Below, piece by piece: positions 53,001 through 64,000 of a DNA stretch of 64,000 nt. The notes under the pieces were generated by a model. The model did no database searches. It was not told the origin of the DNA and saw only the letters and a list, made by a program, of their open reading frames with translations. The first letter of the stretch is position 1. Each line of letters begins with the position of its first letter. Made by a program: the position numbers and the translations under genes. This DNA comes from Octopus vulgaris. Lineage: Eukaryota. The stretch lies in the NCBI GenBank assembly GCA_951406725.2, contig OX597823.1, positions 3,844,001-3,908,000 on the forward strand, read 5' to 3'.

Positions 53001-53758
53001 CATATACGTGCACACACCCACACACTCTTTCGTCTTTCTTTCTTCCCAACATTGGCTTCAATTCATTTTATTTTTTCATTTAACTTTATCATCTTACTTC
53101 ACATTTTACTTTGTTTTCTTCTCCTTTCCTCCACCCCCACATCCTACTCATTCCTTCCCCACCCACTCATTTCCTTGGTTTTTGTTGTAGCATGCATATA
53201 CTTATTGAGTAGACTTTAGAAAAATGTAATTAACCCAGTTCTGTGAATACTAATTAATTCCCAAAGTGACATCTACATTGTATTTTGTCCATTCAATAAA
53301 TCCTACTATGGCTAGTAATTATTAATTTTTTTCTTCTCCATTTTTAGTTTTGAAACCAAGTTAAACTAATGAAATGTCACACATCTGTTATTGCCAGTTT
53401 GAAAGGAGTTATTATTATCATCATCATCATCATTATTGTTATCATCATCATTGATGATCATTGTTATTATCATTATTATCATTATTTATTTCTTCATTGC
53501 CCACAAGGGGCTAAACATAGAGGGGACAAACAAGGACAGACAAAGGGATTAAGTCTATTACATCAACCCCAGTGTGTAACTGGTACTTATTTAATCGACC
53601 CTGAAAGGATGAAAGGCAAAGTAGACTTCAGCGGAATTTGAACTCAGAATGTAAAGACAGACGAAATGCAGTAACGTATTTCGCCTGGCGTGCTTACATT
53701 TCTGCCAGCTCACCGCCTTATCATCATTATCATCATCATTTTATTATCCTTATCTTTA

Positions 53759-53798
<40 letters not shown>

Positions 53799-56438
53799 CG
53801 TTTAAACTCAGGACATAAAGGTGGATGAAATGCTACTAAGCCAACAATTCTATCAGTTCCCCGCATTTTGTTGCCTTTATAATTCTTTCTAATAATAAGC
53901 ACAAGACTAGCAATTCCAAAGGAGGGAGCAATTTGATTACATTGACCCCTGTGCTCAACCAGTATTTATCCTATCGGCCCTGAAATGGAATTTGAACTCA
54001 GAATGTAAAGACGGACAAAATGCCGCTAAGTATTTCGCCTGGCATGCTATCAATACAGCCAGTGCCCTGCCGTTTGCTGCCCTAATAATCCTTTCTGTTA
54101 TAGGTACAAGGCCTGAAATTTTTTTAAGAGAGGGAGTAGTCATTGCTACCGATCCCAGTACTAGATTGGTACTTCATTTTATCAATTTGAAAAGGATGAA
54201 AACTCAACTTTATCTTACTGACCCTGGAAGGATGGAAAGCTAAGCACCAGTCAACTGCTGCGGTTTGATGGTATTCACTAACTCCCACCCTCTTCTCTCA
54301 AAATTGCTGGTCTTGTACCTAAATCATGAAGCCAATATTGCTTAACCCTAGGTCAGCCCTGATCAGGCATAGCTACAATTTCAACGTGTTCCAGTCATGG
54401 CTCAACATTTTTTTGAATATCTATCTTTTACTTGTTTCAGTCATTGAACTGCTGCCATGCTGGAGCACAGGCTTGAAGAGTTTCATCAAACAAATGCCTC
54501 CAGTGCTTATTTTTATGTTTTAGTATGTCTTCCATCAGTTTCTTTTGCTAAACTGCTGAGTTGTGGGGACATAAATAAATCCCCACTGGCTACCAAGTGT
54601 ATGGGGAGGCAACACAAAACATCCACACATACACATATACATCTGTGTATGTCGAGGGCTTAGGTGTCCCATTATTAGACTATTTTTCTTTAGTCATTGC
54701 ACAGTGATCGCTATAAGTTTTAAACTTATAAAATACTATTATTATTATTCACAGAATGTGTGTGTGTGTGTTAAATAAAATGAGACAACAAAGCCAAGGC
54801 TGTATGAATTTTCAGGACATTTATAAAAAGAAAGAAGTGTATATTGATATACGCATGCACACATGTACATATGTGTGTGTATGCATTATTATATAGGCTT
54901 GCATACTTGTGTATTTAAACCTGTACACATGCATAGATATACACATACATGTACACATATATATACATATACGCACATATGCATGCATGCATGCATATAC
55001 ATGCATGTACATACACACACACCTATATATATATATGTATATATATGCACACACACAAACATACCCATAAATACATGCATATACACATACATGCACATAT
55101 ACATACACACATGCATCCGCATATGTCTTCTGGATACCAGTACCTCCCATACACATGCAACAGGCTTCCACACAGTTTCCATCTGCCAAATTCACTTACA
55201 AGGTTTTGGTCAGCCCAAGGCTATAGTAGAAGACACTTGCCCAGGGTAGTGCACAGTGGGACTGAACCCAAGACCACATGATTGGGAAACAAGCTTCACA
55301 CCCATACTTGTGCCTAAATATACAGACAATAAACCTACATTTTCTAACGCATCCATCTTTATCTGAGGTATTGGTTGTGACTTGAGGGTGAATTGGCCAT
55401 TATTTCAAACATGGGTCTTTGCATAAAAACACCTGTGTTGGATCAGTAGACACTCCTCTCTATTGAAACAGGACATGTTAAACTTGATAATATTAGCTTG
55501 ATAATATAAACACCGTGTCATTTAATGAGAATATAAGCTTTGTTCACAAACAGCACATTAATTCAAAATAGTGTGTAAAAGTAGTAAGAGGTAGTACATT
55601 CTCAATGTATACATACTTATTTCTTAGAAAGTACAAGTACAAAACAGGTTTGTAATGGTCACATACCTTCTTTCAGTTCATGAATATTCTAATTGTATTT
55701 TGCTAGAAGCACATTGCTTTCACTCTTACATGTCTCAGTTATTCGACTGTGGCCACGGTGGAGCACACCCTTGTAAAGTTAGTTAAACAAATCACCTCCC
55801 ATCCTTAGTACTTATTTTAAGTCTCATACTAATTCTGTTGTTCTCTTTTTGCCATACTGCTAAGTTATTACAGGGACGTGAATAAACCAACACAAATTAT
55901 CAAGCAGTGGAGGGGGATAAACATATGCAAGCACACGCAAACGCACATATATAAGCCAAATGAGGAGACAAAGAAAGAGTTTGGTACAGCTTTGATGACC
56001 AATTGCAATTGTTTTGGTATCACTGTTTTGTCACCATTGCACTGTTTCCTCTTGATATAAGCAAAATGCAATGTTTCACAGAAGTACAATATAAGAGCAC
56101 ATCTTTTGGTGCAAATCTGATAAAGTGCAGCTCTAGTGTTTAAAACAGCAAATGTTACGTAACTTTTCACATGAAACTTTTGCATGTGATAGCGTTAAAA
56201 ACAGAGTGGTACTGAAACAGTTGTAACTGGTTGCTATAGATGTACTAAACTCTTTCTTTCTCACCTTAATTGGATTATATTTTACTTTTTGCTAAATCCC
56301 CACATTGGATTTACTGATGTGATATCTGGATTCTCTAAATTGAGACTCAAATTCAAGAGTGTCAATAATCTCGAGCCTAGGTTGAGTGTTGCATTGGAAA
56401 TGTTCCATTTTTCTACCTTTCAAGGACCTTCATATATA

Positions 56439-56480
<42 letters not shown>

Positions 56481-57681
56481 TTAGAGAGTATAACTCCAAA
56501 CTTACAGGGAAAAATTCAATTTACTATTAAATCAAATTTCACAGTATAAATATATAAAATATAAATTAGAGATAAAACCACTATTATGCAACTCAAACAG
56601 TGATGGACATAAACCAATACATAAATAACCAATATATATATATATACACATATGTACACACACATTCACGACAGGCTTCCACAGTTTCTGTCAGCCAAAT
56701 TCACTTACGAGGCCCTGACTGATTTGGATTTATTGTAGAAGACACTAACCAAAAACCGTATGGTTGCAAAGCAAACTCTTTAACCACAGAGCTACACATT
56801 TTTCAAATTCATGAGTATCCTAAATGTATTTCACATGAAGCGTATCTGAATATTGTTGAACAAAATGTCTTAATGAATCTTCAGCCTGTACCTAACCTAA
56901 CATGATTTTAGGCATAACTAGCTGTGTGTATGTGTGTGTGTGTCATCACCATCATTAACTGTCCACCTTCCCTGCAGGTATGGATGGGATGGTTTGAAAG
57001 GATCTGGCAAGCTGCACCAGGCTCTATTGTCTGCTTTGGCATGGTTTCTATGGCTGGATGCCCTTTCTAATGCCAACCATTTTACAGAGTGTACTTGGCG
57101 CTTCTTATGTGATACCAACACCAGTGGAATTGCTAAGTAACTTATGAGACAAAGACCTCTCAGCTGGGAGAGAGAAGTTTTGCACTGAAACTGATGAGTC
57201 AATGAGGAGTCCCTCTATAGGGTCCTTCAACCTGCTAGAAATAACCCTAGGGGTTTTAACAACAACATCATTTCTGTATTTAGAAACTTTCATTAAACCT
57301 ATGTAGTCATCCATAATACAGAGATTTGTGGTTGGAAAAGGTTATTTACTATTAAACAACCACAAGGCAGTGAGCTGGAAGAATCTTTAGAGAATTGAAA
57401 GAAATGCATTGTGACATTTCTTCCACATCTTTACATCTTCTGAGTTCACATTCTGTTGAAGTTGACTTTGGTTTTCATCACTACAGATTTGATAAAATTA
57501 AGTACCAGTCATGTACTGGGACAATGGTATGAACTTAACCCCTCCCCTCAAAATTGTGGACCTTGTGTCTACATCACAAACTATTACTAAGTAAATATGT
57601 TTTCTTTAGTTGTTATTCCTTCTGGCTAAGCTCAGAAACATCATTTTTGTTTGAATGCATAGAATGTGTATACTTGATTAA

Positions 57682-57902
57682 CCCTTTCATTACTGTTATT
57701 TATTCTGAGAAGCTCTGTGTTTATTTCAATTACTTTAAATATACCAAAGAATTTAGTAAAATAACATAGTTATCATTCAGCTAGTGTTAGGAACATTAAT
57801 TGTGACTAAGGTCTGGTGGAGGATTTTAATTCAGAACTTATGAAAACAAGACATTTGTACTCAGAGCCAGAGCTGGTTTCAGCCAGGTTGGCAACAAAAA
57901 TG
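57682..57902 (+). mobile_element. piggyBac-like MITE
   Basis: Same family as 30444-30664; TTAA flanks. Confidence 0.8.
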
Positions 57903-58794
57903 TTAATAATTCAACCCCAGAGGAATGAAAGGCAAAAATGAAATCCTGACAGATTGTGAATTGAGGTTATAGAGTGGCAGGATTAAAATTCTTAAAAACA
58001 TAATTAGCTATATTCAGTCTATCCAATGACGTCACTTGATTTTTTTAGAAATATAATCCAGTGCATTCTGCCAATCAGGCATTCAGCTAATTTAATGATG
58101 GCATAAGGCCTCTGTATTCACAAGACAGAAACAGTGCTATTTAAATCACTCATTATATTACATGTGGTATCTAGTTTATCAACAAAAAGATTTTGCAAAA
58201 ACACCAACTCTAATGGGTTTAAGCCCCCAATTTTCATTTTTTTTTCATTGTAGGTAAATACCACAAGACCTTTCTTTTGACACTCTATGACCACCCTTAA
58301 AAACACAAACTGATGAGGTTTGGAGTTATGTAACACATTCTGCAAACCCACTAGATGTATAATTGTATTATGTTTACGTCACTAAAAAGACTCCTAATGA
58401 AACAATTACAGCAATACCAGAAAGCCATATTTCTATTATATATATATATCCTTTATGGCTGATCTAACAACTGGTTCCATACTAGGTGTTCAATGGGATG
58501 TTAAGGTAACAGCTTGATTATATAACCCTGTGCCCTTCAGAGTTGACAGTTATGGAAGAAAATATGGTGACTGTACACTGCAATATAACCACTCCATTGA
58601 CAAATACACAATTGCATATCTTTTCTGACTTATGGATTTTTAGATGGTGTATATGTATTGTATGGATATACATATCTGTGTGTGTGTGTGTGTATGTGAG
58701 TGCGTGCGTGCATACATAGGTATATATATATATATATATATATAAGTATATAGGTATATATATATAGATTATATGCATACAAGTATATATACGA

Positions 58795-58832
<38 letters not shown>

Positions 58833-59078
58833 TTTCAAACACAAAAGAGATACCCAAAGAATAGGATATCTGACTCACTAGAAAGAGCAGCTAAACTCCA
58901 AACCACTAATTGTTGTCATTCCGAAAGTGATTGAAGAACTTTTACCTTAATCCTAGACCCTGCAAGTTTCCTATATATATATATGGGGAGAATTCACAAA
59001 AAAAAAAACAAAAGACGAAGACAGGTGGTGTAGACAACAAACAGATGTATTGGTTTAACGCTCGGGAAGTGAAAAAGT

Positions 59079-59114
59079 CTTTAACGTTTCGAGCCTACGC
59101 TCTTCCACAGAAAG
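59079..59114 (-). ncRNA. Minimal HHR with mutated core in a short PLE-type repeat (~58985-59170)
   Basis: cttt-CTGTGGA-a-gagc-gtag-gctc-GAAA-cg-TT-aaag; same architecture as 1436-1470. Confidence 0.55.
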
Positions 59115-59177
59115 GAACACAAAAAGAAACAAAGAGAGAAAATAAAGAATGTGTAGTGGTTAGTGATCTATCATGGT

Positions 59178-59573
59178 GATGGCCGTGTGGTAAGTGGCTT
59201 GCTAACCAACTACATGGTTCCGGGTTCAGTTCCACTGTGTGACACTTTGGGGAAAAGTCTTCTACTATAACCTTGGACCGACCAAAGCCTTGTGAGTGGA
59301 TTTGGTAGATACAAACTACAAGAAGCCCATCATATATATATATGTATATATATATATGTATATGTGTGTATATGTTTGTGTGCCTGTGTTTGTCCTCACA
59401 ACTGCTTGACAACTGATGCTGGTGTGCTTATGTCCCTGTAACTTAGTGGTTTGGCATACGAGGCCGATAGAATAAGTACTAGGCTTACGAAGAATAAGTC
59501 CTGGGGTCGATTTGCTTGTCTAAAGGCAGTGCTCCAGCATAGCCAGAGTCAAATGACTGAAACAAGTAAAAGA

Positions 59574-59575
<2 letters not shown>
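59178..59575 (+). mobile_element. Family A SINE
   Basis: Similarity to 1797-2206. Confidence 0.85.
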
Positions 59576-59610
<35 letters not shown>

Positions 59611-59806
59611 TATAGGTATATGTGTGTGTGTGTTTAAATCACATCTCCTGTGATTTAACTTGAGATTCCTTGACAACAATGTCACCTTCATTCAACTAAG
59701 GTATCTTCATCTGGATGAGTAACTAGTGGAGTAATTATTACTTCCAAGGTTCTGCTAGCTAGGAAACATATGTAACCTGGATTTTACCTGCTTTGCACCC
59801 TCAATT

Positions 59807-59838
<32 letters not shown>

Positions 59839-59843
<5 letters not shown>

Positions 59844-60100
59844 CATTATTGGTGAATTGAAGAAATGGAGCTGAACGCAGATTGAACAGAAATCGTTTTA
59901 TTTCATTCTACACGTGTTTCGAAAGGCACAAATTACCAAAATCCGATGGAATAATGGGACCATAGCCTTTAAGATATCTACGATTAACCACTGCAAGGGG
60001 AATTACTCCTGTAAGACAAACGGGGCTTGGTTTTTTCACAGCGGGGGGTTTCCTTGACAAGGCAGGCTTAGATGAACACACACACACATAAAACATGATA

Positions 60101-60134
<34 letters not shown>

Positions 60135-60800
60135 TTCTGCCACCCAACGGTTATCACGGCAGTAGCCACTGACAGCCGAACGATCAAACGCACACACGTA
60201 CACAAAAAATGTTTTCTACCCCTACGCCAACACACACATATATAGAACAGTATATACACACACACGTCTCTAAGTAGATTTTTTCTCGCCCCTTATAAAA
60301 CATCCAATATTCCTTAAATAGTCAGAACTTTATTCTCGGTCACAAAGAACATCTACGCACCCCCACCCACATGATTGACCGATGCCTGACCCGTTGAATT
60401 CTTCAGCCACCGGTTCTCAGCATACACTGATAAACAGTTTCGCCATGGGCTCTTAGGAGCATAGTTCGATTTGTTTTTGCTCCGCCTCTGTTCTGTTTTT
60501 GTTTTTCCAACGGATTTCCTATTTTCTTCCTGAAGAGAAAGACACAATATGGTCCCATTATTCCATCGGATTTGGTAATTTGTGCCTTTCGAAACACGTG
60601 TAGAATGAAATAAAACGATTTCTGTTCAATCTGCGTTCAGCTCCATTTCTTCAATTCACCAATAATGTTCTAATTTCAATTATCCGCACCAACGCACGGT
60701 TGCAACACCATATGGTTGTACCTCCAACCGTGCTGTTTTACTGCTGTGATTTTTGCTACTAAGGTATCGGTTAAACTTTTGATTAATCTACTACAAGATT
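59839..60800 (+). mobile_element. Young non-autonomous PLE-like insertion with an inverted, truncated terminal repeat
   Basis: 59839-59963 is a near-exact reverse complement of 60549-60672; CpG-rich; HHR in the right repeat; TA microsatellite on both sides. Confidence 0.8.
60523..60610 (+). ncRNA. Type I hammerhead ribozyme with long stem II
   Basis: tttcttc-CTGAAGA-gaaagacacaa-(32 nt)-ttgtgcctttc-GAAA-cac-gtg-TA-gaatgaaa. Confidence 0.8.
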
Positions 60801-60893
60801 ATTCATCTTTCTATTTCACATAATATATATATATATATATATATAAGTGGAGCAAGAGCACACATGAAAACAAAGTGTCACTGAAGAGTTCAC

Positions 60894-60948
<55 letters not shown>

Positions 60949-62740
60949 CATACATGTATATATGTATATGTATATGCATGTGTACATGCATAGATATTCA
61001 TACATATGCACACACACACATACACACGTATGTATATGTAAATTTTGGGATTGGAAGAAAATTACAAAAGTGTGTTTAAATACTCAACTGGTATTTTAGT
61101 ATTTATTTCATCTGAACACAGCATTATGAAAGGCAAGGTCAGTCTCAATGGAATTGAAACTCCAAATGTAACATGATGTACGTAAGTTCTATGTGCACTC
61201 AACCAATCCTACCACCACCACTCTCTGACAGGAGTGGGGCGGGGGCAAAATTAAAAGACAATAAACTACTTAATGAGCCAACTCATTGCCTGATTCACCC
61301 ATTAATAAATCTTACTCATAACCTTTTATAGATCTCTCAGTGAGTACACACCATACCATGCCAGTGGAGTTGTAGGGGCACCATCATGATGCATGGTGTG
61401 TCATGGACAGTTTTAGACTTGGTGGAGTTAGGGTGTCTAGACAATTTCTCAAAGGAGAGAAAGAGACAAAGAGGAAGAAAATAGACCTCAGCATAGGACT
61501 GGTACTTTACTTACCAACCCTGAAAGGATGAAAGGCAAAGTTGATCTCTGCAGGACTTGAACTCAGCATGCAGAAAGCCAGAATGGTTACTGCAAAGCTA
61601 GCTGTCCAACATGACTCTGCCAAGTTTTGGCTGTCTTTTAGTATATACTAATGACATTCAAATTTCAAAAGCAGTCTTCCTGCAATCAATTGAGTGACAA
61701 GAAATAGTAGCTATATCGCCCTCAAACTACTACCTATATCATCCTACAGAACTTGCAAAAAAGAAAAGTACATTAAAAAAATTTGTGTAAGAACAGCCAT
61801 GATTGAATAAAAAAAATTGTTGGGATGGGTAATTGAGGTTGTGATCAGGTCAACCCACATCAACAAACTAATTTGTTAAACTGTGAATTGTCAATGCTTG
61901 CTAACCCACACACAGTTCCATGTCACAAGCTGTGACAGTGGAGCATTGCCCTTCCTCTTGGTATTGAAGCAGTTCACAGGAATTCGGTGTAAGAAATCCT
62001 GTGTAACCAGTTCGGTTTCAATGGCTCCAGTAAGCTCTGCCGATCCCTTCACATAACTTTAGTGTCAACCAGTAATTTATTTTGTGATGGTGGCGGATAA
62101 GTTTGTGGAGGTGGTGGTGATAGTGGTGGCTGTGGTGGTGATGGTGGTGGTGGTTATGATGATGATGATGATGACAGTTGTGACGATGGTAGTGATGGTA
62201 GTCTTCACCATTGTTGTCAGAATGGCATGTGCACATGTTTGCATGAATTCTTTCATATTGTCACTCTCCAAGAAATACAAGGACATCGTGAGAGGTGTCA
62301 ACTGTTCTAATGAAAGATAAAGATACAAGGAATAGAATAAGGGAAACTACTCATTACTCAAAGCTGTAACAGAAATGTAGTTTTCCAGGACCATATTGCC
62401 ACTTTGAGGTACAATACGCACTCTGGCCTCTTAAAACCCTCACCAGTAACCAGTAACACAAACAGACCCATGTGTTGGAGGGTTGTTGCCTAAGTGGTGC
62501 AAAATTGTCATCTGCCAGGAGTAGGGAGTCACCAACAAATAGTGGATGCGACAAAACACTGCTACAGTACATGCTCTCAAACTATTACTACTACTACTAC
62601 TACTATTACTATACTGTCACAACAAAACTGTCAAGTAACTGTGGAATAATAAACAGATGTGTGACAAGTATTGTCAATCCAGTTGTTCATTAGATTCCTC
62701 CATTTAATACATTACAGTGGTTACTTTTGTTTCTCTACAT

Positions 62741-63059
62741 CAGAGGCTCTCAAACATTTTGGGCCACCGCTCCAACTCATGGCCACATAATATCCTCAGC
62801 ACCCTCACCCCTATTTTTATGTATAAATAAAATTTTTAGATTTTACGAATTTATATAAACTGTGAATCATTTGATATTTAATATAATATTATATCATTTG
62901 TATACAATACTATAATAATATAAATTCATAAGCGTCCCCCAATCCACTGCCTTTCTCCCAATGCCTCCTTTTTCTCTACTGTCCCCTTTGACACCAGCAC
63001 CCACCTGGACCATCTCAATGCCCACTGGAGGGAGGCAGCACCCACTTTGAGAATCTATG
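62741..63059. mobile_element. hAT (Charlie/MER5-like) MITE with 8-bp TSD
   Basis: Termini cagaggctctcaaa / tttgagaatctatg; identical ctctacat at 62733-62740 and 63060-63067. Confidence 0.88.
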
Positions 63060-64000
63060 CTCTACATCATGAGATCATATTTGAACCATCACTGATTTTG
63101 ATTGTTGCCTGTACTAACGATACTAAGGTTAAGCTAGGAAGGAAGTATCTATGTGGTTGACTAACTTGCTAGAAATATACCTCAAAGCATACTAGACTGT
63201 ATTGTAGAAAAGAAGAAGTTCGATGACATAGTTATCAATGTTTGAAATCAAGCTAAGATGATCAAGACCAAAGCACCTTTGTCCATAAGCCTGCTCGATT
63301 AGATCTGACCTAGGGTTAAATAGCAAGAAGGTTAAGGCTGCTCTCAATAAATCAGTATATACATACAAACACACAGGATAAACATACATACATATGTATG
63401 AGCATTCCCACTGTGTGATGACATCAGGTAGCCAATAGCTGTGGATGAGCTTTACATAACATTCTACAAGGTTTTTACCCAAATCAACTTTAACTCTGTA
63501 TGTATTGGAAGCTGAAACACTTTGGTACAACACTCAGAGATTACATTAAAATTTTACCATTCAATTCAGCCAAAAACATCTTTAAAACACAATCAATAAA
63601 ATCACAAGAAAAGTTTAGAAAAGAAACAGCACAACAACCAATACCTCACCATCGTCATCCGTTTTCTTCACTGTTTTCAGCCATTCACATTAGTGTAAGT
63701 GTCCTTTTGATGTGTCCAATCATGTTTGTTTAGGCATCATTAAATATGATAATACCTGATCTCTAATGGATGCAGAGAAATTAGTTTAATCCAGGAAGTT
63801 ACTAATTTCACCCATTCGTTGCTTTTATTTGGCAAACACTTTAATGGAAAATAAAGTGAACTAAAATATATCTTTAAATAAACTACATTAATGAAAGCAC
63901 TTTGTACTCTCGTCAAGCAATCTACCCAACCGGGTATCTTGATTCTTTCACAAGAATTTTCTTTAAATTGTTTTGGTGTATAGAACTAAACATAAGGCAG

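Noticed and set aside
59839-60672. DNA transposon with 125-bp TIRs
   Set aside because: The element extends beyond the right repeat and contains an HHR, which fits a Penelope-type inverted terminal repeat better.
62018-62236. His-rich 72-aa ORF as a metal-binding peptide
   Set aside because: Explained by a mixed (CAT/CAC)n tract; no supporting gene structure.

Overview
AT-rich, microsatellite-saturated animal DNA with no complete protein-coding gene. The repeat repertoire resembles an octopus/coleoid genome (inference). Nearly all ORFs in the supplied track are microsatellite or SINE artefacts. Recognisable content: several tRNA-derived SINE families, decayed RTE, Tx1/L1 and R4/Dong LINE fragments, a Penelope-type GIY-YIG endonuclease tail, and piggyBac-, hAT-, mariner- and pogo-like MITEs. 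One weak candidate terminal exon lies on the minus strand near 9.8-10.0 kb. The most striking signal, invisible in the ORF track, is about 16 loci with type I hammerhead-ribozyme (HHR) topology, intact or decayed, in several different small repeats. They include a head-to-head tRNA-(CAA)n-HHR SINE, a perfect 50-bp palindrome encoding an HHR on each strand, a ~340-bp retrozyme-like tandem pair, HHRs with a long stem II, and a U3-A8 core variant. About ten fold-back palindromes and an array of putative H-type pseudoknots in the RTE 3' UTR were also seen. All structures were folded by eye; repeat boundaries are approximate.
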